This document shows positions 25,220 to 34,827 of a stretch of 64,000 nucleotides of DNA, in pieces; position 1 is the stretch's first letter; the number at the start of each line of letters is the position of its first letter. The DNA comes from a virus. The stretch spans positions 1 through 64,000 of IMG/VR virus record IMGVR_UViG_3300042987_003051; one strand, 5' to 3'. Under the pieces are notes generated by a model that did no database searches, had not been told where the DNA came from, and worked only from the letters and a program-made list of their open reading frames with translations. The position numbers and the translations under genes are program-made.

Positions 25220-26701
25220 ATGTTTAAATCCGCTTTCGCAGCAACTCTTGCTGCAACTCCACTTGTCGCCGGTGCTGCGTTCGCAGAACCTTATGGCCCT
25301 TATGTGGATATGCCCCAAGTTACGAGCATCACCCAGTTCTCTGATGTTCGTCCTACTGACTGGGCTTACCAAGCACTTAACAACCTTGTAGAGCGTTATG
25401 GTTGTGTTGCTGGATATCCCAATGGTACTTTTGTTGGTGGTCAGTCGATGACCCGTTATGAAGCAGCAGCACTTCTGAATGCTTGCCTGGATCGTGTAAC
25501 CGAAGTTACCGATGAACTGAAGCGTCTGCAGGCAGAATTTGCTGCTGAACTTGCCGTTCTTCGTGGTCGTGTTGATGCTGCTGAGGCACGCATCGGCACT
25601 CTGGAAGCAACTCAGTTCTCTACCACTACCAAACTTCGTGGTGAAGCAACTTTCGTTCTGGGTGGTGTGGATGATTATCGTCCAAAGTCTGGTGAGAAGA
25701 CTAAATTCCTTGGTGATGATGTTACTAAGACCGCATTCAATTATGATGTTCGTCTGAATCTTGATACCTCATTTACCGGTAAGGATTTGCTTCGTACCCG
25801 TCTGCGTTCTTCAAACTTCAGTGCTGATCCTTTTGGTTCTTCCTCGTCATTGTTTAAACTTGACAAGGCAGACAATACTCAAACCTATGGTAATGATACC
25901 GTAGTTATTGATCGTCTGTATTATCAGTTCCCTGCTTTTAACAATAGCACTACTATTACTGCAGGTGCCAAAGTTCGTAACACAGAAATGGCATGGATCC
26001 CAACTGCATATAAGTCTGAGATTCTTGATTTCTTTACCGTTGCCGGTGCTCCTGGTGTTTATAATAAGGCAACCGGTGCAGGTGTTGGTGCTCTCTGGAC
26101 TCAAGGTAAGAAAGGATTTGTTGCTGGTCTGAACTATGTTGCTCAAGATGGCGACAGCAGTGAAACCGGGGCATTTGATGAATCTGGTGCTCTGAATACT
26201 CTGGCACAAATTGGTTATCGTGGTACTAACTATGGTATTGCTTTTGGTTATCGTTATGGTACTGAAGGCACCCGTGTTCGCACTTATAATGGTCTGAACG
26301 GTGCTTCTGGTACTCTGGTTCCCGGTCAAACTTCTAATGGTTACTCCGTGAATGCTTATTGGCAACCTGAGCAGTCTGGTTTGATTCCTTCCGTCTCTGC
26401 TGGATATGGTTGGAATACTGTGAGTGGTACCGAAAGTGCTGCTACTGATAGCGAATCTTGGTTCGCCGGTCTTCAGTGGTCTAATGTGTTCGTTAAGGGA
26501 AATTCTGCCGGTATTGCCGTAGGTCAGGCACCTACTGGAGAGGATCTAGAGTCTTCTACTCTTCTAGAAATCTTCTACAAGTATCAAGTATCTGATAACA
26601 TCAGCATCACTCCTGCTATCTTCTACGCAAGTGATAATCAGCGATTGACTGAGGATTCTTCTAATTGGGGTGGAGTAATCCAAACGAAGTTCACTTTCTG
26701 A
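25220..26701 (+). CDS. Cyanobacterial porin (SomA/OprB type, SLH domain)
   Basis: Signal peptide; FSDVRPTDWAYQAL...YGC; QFSTTTKLRGE; C-terminal F. Confidence 0.93.
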   Translation: MFKSAFAATLAATPLVAGAAFAEPYGPYVDMPQVTSITQFSDVRPTDWAYQALNNLVERYGCVAGYPNGTFVGGQSMTRYEAAALLNACLDRVTEVTDELKRLQAEFAAELAVLRGRVDAAEARIGTLEATQFSTTTKLRGEATFVLGGVDDYRPKSGEKTKFLGDDVTKTAFNYDVRLNLDTSFTGKDLLRTRLRSSNFSADPFGSSSSLFKLDKADNTQTYGNDTVVIDRLYYQFPAFNNSTTITAGAKVRNTEMAWIPTAYKSEILDFFTVAGAPGVYNKATGAGVGALWTQGKKGFVAGLNYVAQDGDSSETGAFDESGALNTLAQIGYRGTNYGIAFGYRYGTEGTRVRTYNGLNGASGTLVPGQTSNGYSVNAYWQPEQSGLIPSVSAGYGWNTVSGTESAATDSESWFAGLQWSNVFVKGNSAGIAVGQAPTGEDLESSTLLEIFYKYQVSDNISITPAIFYASDNQRLTEDSSNWGGVIQTKFTF

Positions 26702-26743
26702 TAAATATGGGAGGAGAAATCCTCCCTTTTTATGGAGATTATC

Positions 26744-27058
26744 ATGTTTAAAAAACTTTTACTTGGAGCAGCAATTTTAGGATTTGCTTCTCCTTCATGG
26801 GCACAAAGTATTCCTACATTTGGTAATAGTGTAGTTGATATTACTTCAAACGTTTCTTGTCGTAATAAAATAAGATCAAAATATTTTGAACTTGGTGCTA
26901 CAAATATGTCAGAGGCAAATAACAATTCTCAGTGGGCAATTATTAATGGACTGAGAGTTAATGTTTGGTGTCGTGAAACTCAAGCATTTATTACAGTTGC
27001 TGGATTTGCTACTAATGCTATTGTTGAACTTCGTGATGAAATTTCAAAAGCATTTTGA
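26744..27058 (+). CDS. Secreted hypothetical protein
   Basis: Signal peptide; GGAG SD. Confidence 0.65.
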   Translation: MFKKLLLGAAILGFASPSWAQSIPTFGNSVVDITSNVSCRNKIRSKYFELGATNMSEANNNSQWAIINGLRVNVWCRETQAFITVAGFATNAIVELRDEISKAF

Positions 27059-27063
27059 TTATT

Positions 27064-27342
27064 ATGTATGACTATTGGGTGGTGACTGAAAAATCCACAG
27101 GAAGAGTGATTGCTCACTGTGGGGATGAAAGAGATGCTATAATGATGCTTTTACTTGATAAAACAAATAGTAGAACTTATCGAAAACAGAAATTTATCAT
27201 GGATCAAGTGATTGATATTACTTCGGCATATGATAAACAACTTCCAGGTCAAATTGGACTTCCCGAAGGTGAAGTAAATCAACTTCAGGAGTTTAAAGTT
27301 AAACTTCCTGAGGGTGAAGGAGAACCTGTTAGAATTAAATAA
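27064..27342 (+). CDS. Hypothetical protein
   Basis: ORF track. Confidence 0.6.
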   Translation: MYDYWVVTEKSTGRVIAHCGDERDAIMMLLLDKTNSRTYRKQKFIMDQVIDITSAYDKQLPGQIGLPEGEVNQLQEFKVKLPEGEGEPVRIK

Positions 27343-27445
27343 TGTAAGCATTTATACTTATAAAGTTAAGAAGTCCTGACAAAGGGGGTTGACATGACCC
27401 CCTTTTCTGCTATATACTGTTGTAACAGTTCTTTACAAAACTTAT

Positions 27446-27640
27446 ATGACTGTAACAACGAATGAGTACGGACAACAAAATATGTGGGCAAAAGAACCCA
27501 CAATGTACTACCAAAATTATGGAATGCTGACTCCCAATCAAGTCAAGGAGCGAACTAATGGACGCTGGGCGATGGTCGGTTTTGTTGCTGGTGTTATTTC
27601 TTATGCTATCACTGGCAACTTTTTCTTCGGAATCTTCTGA
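27446..27640 (+). CDS. hli: High-light inducible protein
   Basis: ERTNGRWAMVGF...TG motif. Confidence 0.92.
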   Translation: MTVTTNEYGQQNMWAKEPTMYYQNYGMLTPNQVKERTNGRWAMVGFVAGVISYAITGNFFFGIF

Positions 27641-27725
27641 TGACTGAAGTAATTTTTACCATCACTGGGGTTGCATTTTTGGTGCTTCTGAGTTATTCTA
27701 TAGAGAAAGTCTGTGAAACTTACTG

Positions 27726-27998
27726 ATGAGTGCTGGTATGCTCGGGCAATTTGCAATTGCTCTTGAAAAACTTGGATGGTCAAATGATGATGAAATTGTC
27801 GTTGAGATTGGTGGTGTAGCAGTCACAGGAACTGCCACACACCCAGATGCAAATGCTAAATGGGCAAAACCATTTGGAACTGTATCTTATCAAAATGATG
27901 CTTTCATCATCATAAAAAATAAATCAAGGAACCCCGTAGTTCCTTCTCAACCCAACTCAGAACTTAAACAACAACACCCTTATCAAGGAGAAAACTAA
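27726..27998 (+). CDS. Hypothetical protein
   Basis: ORF track; translationally coupled. Confidence 0.6.
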   Translation: MSAGMLGQFAIALEKLGWSNDDEIVVEIGGVAVTGTATHPDANAKWAKPFGTVSYQNDAFIIIKNKSRNPVVPSQPNSELKQQHPYQGEN

Positions 27999-28117
27999 TG
28001 GAAAAATTTTTTACTGAAAAAGCTGAACGCATTAATGGTTGGGCTGCGATGATTGGATTCGTTGCTGCTGCTGGTTCTTATCTTGTGACTGGTCAAATTA
28101 TCCCTGGACTGTTCTGA
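27998..28117 (+). CDS. hli: High-light inducible protein (39 aa)
   Basis: Manual translation: AERINGWAAMIGF...TGQIIPGLF. Confidence 0.92.
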   Translation: MEKFFTEKAERINGWAAMIGFVAAAGSYLVTGQIIPGLF

Positions 28118-28128
28118 TGGAGGTTACT

Positions 28129-28656
28129 ATGCGTAAAGAAGGATACGAAATTCCTCAAGTAGAATTTGTATTTCGTGAAGCAGGTGAATTTGTAACTCGC
28201 ACATCAAAAGATCTTTTTGATGGTAAGAAAGTTGTAGTTTTTTCACTTCCTGGTGCATTTACTCCGACTTGTAGTGCATATCAACTTCCAGGATTTGAAG
28301 AAAAGTATGGAACATTCAGGGATCTTGGCATTGATGAGATCTATTGCATTTCTGTGAATGATGGTTTTACGATGAATGCCTGGGCACAAGACCAGAACAT
28401 CAAAAATGTAAAACTCATTCCTGATGGTAATGCATATTTCACACGTTCTATGGGTATGCTCGTCAGTAAGTCTAACCTTGGTTTCGGTGATCGCTCTTGG
28501 CGTTATGCTATGGTCGTGGATAATGGAATCATCAAAAAACTATTCGTTGAAGATGGTATGTGCGACAATGCAACCGAGGATCCCTATCTGGAAACAACTC
28601 CTGAAAGGGTACTAGATTATGTACGATCTACTGTTCTTGAATTAGAACTTGTTTGA
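28129..28656 (+). CDS. Peroxiredoxin (type II, Prx5-like)
   Basis: PGAFTPTCS, SVND, RSWRY; GGAGG SD. Confidence 0.92.
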   Translation: MRKEGYEIPQVEFVFREAGEFVTRTSKDLFDGKKVVVFSLPGAFTPTCSAYQLPGFEEKYGTFRDLGIDEIYCISVNDGFTMNAWAQDQNIKNVKLIPDGNAYFTRSMGMLVSKSNLGFGDRSWRYAMVVDNGIIKKLFVEDGMCDNATEDPYLETTPERVLDYVRSTVLELELV

Positions 28657-28720
28657 TTTTGAGGAGGGTGTTAACACCCTCCTTTTTTAATAAATAGGTT
28701 TACAGTATGATTGAAATAAA

Positions 28721-29425
28721 ATGAGAATAGATCTTCATAACTTTTTTAAACATTTTGATGAGAATAATCTCAAGCATATTGAGGCAGTTGAAAAACTAGA
28801 AAAAGTTTTAGAAAATAAAGTACCCGAAGAAATTGAAGATACTTCTGATTGGGTCAAAACTTTTAGAACAAAAGAACAACCGAAAGTTCCTTCAGTGCTA
28901 AATGTTCCTTTTTATCCACAAACAGATAATTATAGAGATGCTCAGAGAACTTGTAATTCATCTGCTTGTGCGATGTGCTTAGAGTATCTAAAACCAGGTA
29001 CTCTTTCTGGGGCAAAGGGAGATGATGCCTATATTCAAAAAGTTTTTGCTATTGGTGATACTACAAGTCACGAAGTTCAGACAAAAGTTTTATCATCTTA
29101 TGGTATTACTTCTAAATTTATTAAAAATTTATCTTTTGTTGATCTTGATCGTGAGCTTGCCGCTGGGAGACCTGTTGTTATCGGGATTCTTCATCGTGGC
29201 CCTTTATCTGCTCCTACTGGTGGACACATGCTTGTGGTAAAAGGTAAAAAAGGTGAAGACTATGTTGTGAATGATCCTTATGGTTCTTTGAATGACGGTT
29301 ATACTGGACCCGTAACGAATGGTAAGGATGCCTTATATAAGAAGTCTGACTTGGTTCGTAGATGGACTGTTGATGGTCCGAATACTGGATGGGGACGTAT
29401 CTTTGATCCAGTAAAAAAGTCCTGA
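28721..29425 (+). CDS. Peptidase C39-like protein (endolysin N-terminal part)
   Basis: VPFYPQTDN...CNSSACAM, GHML, VNDPYG catalytic pattern. Confidence 0.85.
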   Translation: MRIDLHNFFKHFDENNLKHIEAVEKLEKVLENKVPEEIEDTSDWVKTFRTKEQPKVPSVLNVPFYPQTDNYRDAQRTCNSSACAMCLEYLKPGTLSGAKGDDAYIQKVFAIGDTTSHEVQTKVLSSYGITSKFIKNLSFVDLDRELAAGRPVVIGILHRGPLSAPTGGHMLVVKGKKGEDYVVNDPYGSLNDGYTGPVTNGKDALYKKSDLVRRWTVDGPNTGWGRIFDPVKKS

Positions 29426-29895
29426 ATTCTATTCCTCTGAGTTCTGGAATAGAATTAATTAAAGAATTTGAATCTTGTGAATTAAAAGCATATCCTGATC
29501 CTGGAACTGGGAATCTTCCAATCACAATAGGTTGGGGAAGTACCAGAGATTTTGACGGAAAACCATTTAAAATTGGACAAAAGATTACTCAAGAATATGC
29601 TGATAAACTATTTGATCATCAGATACAAAATGAATTTCTCCCGAAATTGAAAGACATTCCTTATTGGAATGAAATGAATTCTAATCAACAAGGGGCACTT
29701 TTATCATTTGCGTATAATATAGGTGTTGATTTTTACGGAAAATCTGGTTATGATACAATCACAAGAGTATTGAAAAATAAAGAATGGAATAAGGTTCCTG
29801 ATGCATTATATCTTTATCGCAATCCGGGAACAAGTGTAGAAGTTGGATTAAAGAGAAGACGAATTGTTGAAGGAAACCTTTGGAGTAAAAAGTAA
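29413..29895 (+). CDS. GH24 lysozyme domain in the -1 frame, probably reached by frameshifting
   Basis: IKEFESCELKAYPDPGTG...TIGWG...ALLSFAYNIG...GLKRRR; no ATG/GTG/TTG before the catalytic residues; A_AAA_AAG plus hairpin. Confidence 0.8.
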   Translation, partial: KKVLNSIPLSSGIELIKEFESCELKAYPDPGTGNLPITIGWGSTRDFDGKPFKIGQKITQEYADKLFDHQIQNEFLPKLKDIPYWNEMNSNQQGALLSFAYNIGVDFYGKSGYDTITRVLKNKEWNKVPDALYLYRNPGTSVEVGLKRRRIVEGNLWSKK

Positions 29896-30216
29896 ATGTA
29901 TATGCAAAGAACTTTAAGAACCATAGTTGATCAAAACTTTTTCACAAAAGTAACTTTTTCTAGTGATAATGAAATTAAAATCACAGGGAGACTTTTGGAT
30001 ATTAGTGATTATGGATTTTGTATGATAATAAAACAAATCTTAAAAGACCCTCAAATTGAATCTGAGGGTTTTTTGGATTTAGAGAAAATGAAAAAAATAA
30101 TTACAGTACCAGTTACTATTAAGTGGATAGATCCACCCACAAAACTTTTGAGATGTATTGGGTTTGAAAGTCAGGTTAACTTAAGATCCAGTCTTTTGAG
30201 AGATTATATTATGTAA
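29896..30216 (+). CDS. PilZ-like domain protein
   Basis: QRTLR...DISDYG...V.W...G.E pattern. Confidence 0.5.
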   Translation: MYMQRTLRTIVDQNFFTKVTFSSDNEIKITGRLLDISDYGFCMIIKQILKDPQIESEGFLDLEKMKKIITVPVTIKWIDPPTKLLRCIGFESQVNLRSSLLRDYIM

Positions 30217-30545
30217 GGTTTTGCTACACCTTCATTCAACATTTTTTCATTTACCGTAACAGAATCTCCAGTCAGATAAAGAACTCCAAGCATTCTTCCG
30301 TATTTGTCTTCTTTTGTTGTTTGGATGATCCACTCTCCTTCACGGGAGAGTTCTTTTTTTAACCATTCTTTTGCCTCAAGACCTTTTGCTTTTTCTTCAA
30401 CATTTAAAGTTCTTGTTTCTGCGGCGTTAATATCTTTAAGACGAACTTTTTGTTTTATTGTAATACTAAATCCTAAATCAATTTCAAGGTCAACTGTGTC
30501 TCCATCAATGATTCTGTTGATCTTTTTTATCTTGTATTGATACAC
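30204..30545 (-). CDS. Thermonuclease (SNase) family protein
   Basis: IIDGDTV, VRL...AAE, DKYGRML. Confidence 0.88.
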   Translation of the reverse strand: MYQYKIKKINRIIDGDTVDLEIDLGFSITIKQKVRLKDINAAETRTLNVEEKAKGLEAKEWLKKELSREGEWIIQTTKEDKYGRMLGVLYLTGDSVTVNEKMLNEGVAKPYII

Positions 30546-30643
30546 TTTGTATTTCCTTATATGCTATATTGAGTATATAGTAAATACTAAAAGCAGTTCC
30601 TGCCAGTCCTATTGTTAGTAAAATAAATACGGACCAAACTATA

Positions 30644-30838
30644 TCAGTCATTTTTTTCTTGTGTATGAATCCAGGTTTTAAGTTCATGCAAATATTCTCT
30701 TAGCATATTCGCTTTTTCTAGATGCCAAATATTACCGCTCTTAAAGTATTCTTGGTTATGATTATCTATTGCTTTTAGAATATTATGTATTGGAGCATTC
30801 CAAGGTGCTCGTTTATCAGTGTTCCATTCTCGTGGCAA
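30644..30838 (-). CDS. Hypothetical protein
   Basis: ORF track; GAGG SD on the minus strand. Confidence 0.55.
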   Translation of the reverse strand: MPREWNTDKRAPWNAPIHNILKAIDNHNQEYFKSGNIWHLEKANMLREYLHELKTWIHTQEKND

Positions 30839-31057
30839 TTTTATACCTCACTTTTTCTTTCCACCATTTTTTGCTTTCTTTGCAGTAGCATTTCCTTGAT
30901 TCTGCTTTGAAGGTCCTTTCTTGGACTTTTTGTTGGGTGACTTAGACATTAGTAGTCATTATGGGTATGCAGTATTTATGGGGCTTGACAGGACCGTGAA
31001 GATCTGTTATGATAAATACATCAACGGGTTAAGAAATGTAACAACTTTTCAACTCTG

Positions 31058-31192
31058 TGACTTGCCGAAAAGGGACGATAACTCCTTACCGAGACTAGGC
31101 AAGTAAAAAATGTCTCTTATTATACCTTCACTTGAGGGTAGTGAAGGAAATAATGTAAAAGAGTAATCCCTATACTCATACTTATTTCTTTT
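31058..31192 (+). ncRNA. Structured psbA leader (PhotoRC-II-like motif)
   Basis: CCTTCAC-TTGAGGGTA-GTGAAGG hairpin whose loop GGG can pair with the downstream CCC; GAGAC/GTCTC; directly upstream of psbA. Confidence 0.6.
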
Positions 31193-31201
31193 TAAAAACA
31201 A

Positions 31202-33577
31202 ATGACTGCTACAATTGCTCAACAACGATCTAATAATAACTCCTGGGAACAGTTTTGCCAGTGGGTTACTTCAACGAACAACCGCCTTTATGTTGGTTGG
31301 TTCGGTACTCTGATGATTCCAACGTTGCTTGCCGCAACGATTTGTTTCATCGTCGCCTTCATTGCTGCACCTCCTGTAGACATTGATGGCATCCGCGAAC
31401 CAGTTGCTGGTTCTCTTATGTACGGAAACAACATCATTTCTGGTGCTGTTGTTCCTAGTTCTAATAGCATCGGACTACATTTCTATCCAATCTGGGAAGC
31501 AATGAGTCTTGATGAGTGGCTTTATAAATAATATTGGGTCACTTTAAATCGGGTGAACTGCTGGAAAGCTAAGTTCTCTTATGAAACACAAACATCATCT
31601 TACTCCAAAATATCTTGGTGGGTCTGACGAACCACAAAATCTTGTAGAGGTTTCTTCAACACGACATGCTATGTTTCATTATTGTAACTGGTGTCTTTGG
31701 GGAAATGAAGAAGATAAGATTGCTTGGAGAGCACTTGCAGGTTACTCTAAAAAAGAGGAAATAATCCATCAAGTTATTTCTCTTGCAGGTAAAAAAGGTG
31801 GTAAGGTTGCAAAAGAAAGCGGACAACTTCGGTCTGCTGCTCTTAAACAACCAAAAAGTGTAAGGCAAAAGATTGGTAAAAATCTTATCAACTATGCCTA
31901 CAAAAATCCTAAAAATGCTTCACAAGAAACTCTTACTAATAGAAAGTATAAGAAAGTATTTCACATTCACGAAAAACTAACTGAACGAACTATTGGTAAT
32001 CATCTTGGAGATGTGATTTTTAATCCAGAAGAAGATAAAACACTTAAAACTGTTTGTTCTATTATTCTGGAAAAATATGGGATAAAAGTTTATCCTTCAC
32101 ATCTTAATAGTGTTGCTAATGGAAATAGACTTTTAACGAGTGGTATTTCTTGTAGTTGGGTTTTAGAGAATACGTCAATCAGCAGCCAAGCCACAGACGC
32201 TTCTGTGGAAGGTTCAGAGACTACTGGGTTCAACAAGCGTGTTGAGTAATACCAGATTAGCGCCCGACACCTTATAAAATAATAAGGTGAAGATATAGTC
32301 CAGTCCATATGGAAACATATGGTTCCTCCAACTGCTATAATGGAGGTCCTTATCAACTGGTAGTGTTCCACTTCCTCATTGGCGTCTTCTGCTATATGGG
32401 TCGTGAATGGGAACTTTCTTACCGACTTGGTATGCGTCCTTGGATTTTCGTTGCTTACAGTGCTCCCGTCGCTGCTGCAACTGCCGTATTCCTGGTGTAT
32501 CCTTTTGGTCAAGGTTCTTTCTCTGATGGTATGCCTCTGGGTATCTCTGGTACTTTCAACTATATGCTTGTGTTCCAGGCAGAACACAACATCTTGATGC
32601 ACCCATTCCATATGCTTGGAGTTGCTGGTGTGTTTGGTGGAAGTCTTTTCTCCGCAATGCATAGGGAACTGTGCCCTTGTTGAGTAATCAGCAAGTGAAA
32701 ATCGGGTGAACTGCTGGAAACCTAAGTTACTAAAATGTTACTTGACTTATTATTGGTCTTGTAAAAAAGTTTAGTAATATGGTAATCAGCATCCAAGTCT
32801 TGAGTACACTCAAGAAAGGTTCAGAGACTACCTGAGGGATATAGTTCCCTTAATAACAGGTTTAAGTGCCCGACAACCTAATACAAATGGGTTGATGATA
32901 TAGTCCACACCTTATGAAAATAAGGAATAGAGGTGGGTTCCCTCGTAACCTCCTCACTAGTTCGTGAAACTACTGAAACTGAGTCTCAGAACTACGGATA
33001 CAAGTTTGGTCAAGAAGAAGAAACTTATAACATCGTAGCTGCACATGGTTATTTCGGTCGCCTTATTTTCCAATACGCATCGTTCAATAACTCACGTTCG
33101 CTGCACTTCTTCCTTGCTGCCTGGCCTGTTGTAGGCATCTGGTTCGCTGCTCTTGGTGTTTCTACGATGGCTTTTAATCTCAACGGATTTAACTTCAACC
33201 AGTCCCTACTGTCTTCTGACGGTCGTGTGATTAACACTTGGGCAGATATTCTGAACCGTGCTAATCTTGGTTTTGAAGTGATGCACGAGCGTTTTGTGAA
33301 CGCATGGCGCTCGTTAAATCGGATGAATTGCTGGAACTCTCTTGTAGACAATCAGCAGCCAAGCCTTGCAAGCGTGTAAGGAAGGTTCAGAGACTAGGCG
33401 GTGGATGACGCTTCATCCGTAATACGCCACTAGCGTCCGACACTCTTATGAGTGATGATATAGTCCGCTCCCTTTGGCGACAAAGGTTAAAACACAAGGA
33501 ATGCTCACAACTTCCCACTTGATCTTGCTGCTGTTAGCAACACTCCTGTTGCCTTGACTGCTCCAACCATCGGGTGA
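31202..33577 (+). CDS. psbA: Photosystem II D1; exons 31202-31521, 32335-32662, 32936-33292, 33500-33577 (360 aa)
   Basis: Joined exons total 1083 nt and restore DEWLYNGGPY, SAMHGSLV and [14 protein letters not shown]. Confidence 0.96.
31522..32334 (+). mobile_element. Group I intron 1 of psbA, with HNH ORF
   Basis: Exon ends in U, intron ends in G; core AACTGCTGGAA, AATCAGCAG, TTCAGAGACTA, AGATATAGTC. Confidence 0.92.
31581..32249 (+). CDS. Intron-encoded HNH homing endonuclease
   Basis: [12 protein letters not shown]...NL...H; late promoter TATAAATA at 31523-31530. Confidence 0.88.
   Translation: MKHKHHLTPKYLGGSDEPQNLVEVSSTRHAMFHYCNWCLWGNEEDKIAWRALAGYSKKEEIIHQVISLAGKKGGKVAKESGQLRSAALKQPKSVRQKIGKNLINYAYKNPKNASQETLTNRKYKKVFHIHEKLTERTIGNHLGDVIFNPEEDKTLKTVCSIILEKYGIKVYPSHLNSVANGNRLLTSGISCSWVLENTSISSQATDASVEGSETTGFNKRVE
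32663..32935 (+). mobile_element. Group I intron 2 of psbA (no ORF)
   Basis: U/G boundaries; same core motifs. Confidence 0.92.
33293..33499 (+). mobile_element. Group I intron 3 of psbA (no ORF)
   Basis: U/G boundaries; AATTGCTGGAA, AATCAGCAG, TTCAGAGACTA, ATATAGTC. Confidence 0.92.
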
Positions 33578-33644
33578 TATAATAAAGGGGAACTCTTCGG
33601 AGTTCCTTTTTTTATAAATATTTAAGCACGAAAGAAAGCACGAA

Positions 33645-34067
33645 ATGACTAAACTATACTCCGACCTGTATAGAACCTGTATGACCTGTGATGTTGAGAA
33701 GCACATTACAGAGTTTTATATGCGTGATAAGAAAACAGGTAGGAGGCATTCTGCCTGCAAAGAGTGTGATAAGGCAAGGGTGAAAGCAAGACATCAAGCA
33801 AACCCACAAAGAACAAGAAATAATGATCTAAAAAGAAACTATGGTATAACTCTTGAAGAACATACAAAAATGTTTGAAGATCAGAATGGGAGATGTGCTA
33901 TTTGTGGAAATGAAGGAAATGGTAAGTGGAAGAAGTTATGTGTAGACCACTGCCATACAACTGGTAAAGTAAGAAAACTACTCTGTCATAACTGCAACAC
34001 TGCTCTTGGACTTGTAGGAGACAACATCAGCACCCTTCAAAAAATGATAGAATACCTAAATAACTAA
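33645..34067 (+). CDS. Endonuclease VII-family free-standing homing endonuclease (F-CphI-like)
   Basis: YGIT...QNGRCAICG...VDHCH..GKVRKLLCHNCN..LG; late promoter at 33613. Confidence 0.85.
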   Translation: MTKLYSDLYRTCMTCDVEKHITEFYMRDKKTGRRHSACKECDKARVKARHQANPQRTRNNDLKRNYGITLEEHTKMFEDQNGRCAICGNEGNGKWKKLCVDHCHTTGKVRKLLCHNCNTALGLVGDNISTLQKMIEYLNN

Positions 34068-34082
34068 AAAGTATTGGTAAAA

Positions 34083-34427
34083 ATGGACGCACAAGAACTT
34101 CGCAATCTTCAAGAAGCATATAGTCAGGTTTATCAGTTAGATGAACTTGATAAAAGAACCTTACAATCTTATCAATCAAAGGCAAAAAATCAAGTTCTTG
34201 GTTCTATGAGTAATGTTAGTGATACTACTATAAAAAGAGTAAAAGGACTCAAACAAGCCCAAAAAAGATTGAGAGATAAAAAATACGGACAACAAAAAGA
34301 ACAAGCAGATATTTACGACATCATCCTCTCACATCTTCTTGATGAAGGATATGCTGAAACACCAGAAGCAGCAGAAGTTATTATGGCGAATATGAGTGAA
34401 GAGTGGAGACAAAGTATTGTCGGTTGA
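34083..34427 (+). CDS. Hypothetical cyanophage protein
   Basis: ORF track; LLDEGYAET...MSEEW motif. Confidence 0.65.
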   Translation: MDAQELRNLQEAYSQVYQLDELDKRTLQSYQSKAKNQVLGSMSNVSDTTIKRVKGLKQAQKRLRDKKYGQQKEQADIYDIILSHLLDEGYAETPEAAEVIMANMSEEWRQSIVG

Positions 34428-34503
34428 TATAAGTTAGAAAACTCTAACAGAGAGGGTCTTTGGACCCTCTTTTTTTATAGATAATGTAGTTGCATAAACT
34501 TTT

Positions 34504-34827
34504 ATGAAGTTTCTTCTAGCACTATTTGCATCACTTTTTTTCACTCTTCCTGCTTGGGCAGTGGATGTAACAATGGGGGCAAACGGCAATCTTATTTTTG
34601 AACCAGCAGAAGTCTCTATTGCTGCTGGTGAGTCAATTCACTTCGTCAATGGTATGCTTCCACCTCATAACGTCATTGTTGAAGACCACCCAGAACTCTC
34701 ACATACTGGGTTAGCATTTGCTGGCGGAGAGAGTTTTGATATTGCTTTTCCAGAGGCAGGGGACTATACTTTCTGGTGTGACCCTCACAAAAGTGCGGGT
34801 ATGATTGGACATGTACATGTTTCATAA
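34504..34827 (+). CDS. petE: Plastocyanin
   Basis: Signal peptide; PHNV...WCDPHKSAGM copper ligands. Confidence 0.93.
   Translation: MKFLLALFASLFFTLPAWAVDVTMGANGNLIFEPAEVSIAAGESIHFVNGMLPPHNVIVEDHPELSHTGLAFAGGESFDIAFPEAGDYTFWCDPHKSAGMIGHVHVS

Noticed and set aside
28039-28128. Cys/Trp-rich N-terminal extension of the peroxiredoxin
   Set aside because: It is an out-of-frame reading of the hli gene at 27998-28117
29647-29895. Stand-alone 82-aa lysozyme starting at TTG 29647
   Set aside because: It would lack the catalytic N-terminal residues encoded upstream in the same frame
31202-33577. psbA pseudogene or fragments
   Set aside because: The interruptions are group I introns with correct U/G boundaries, and the exons join in frame
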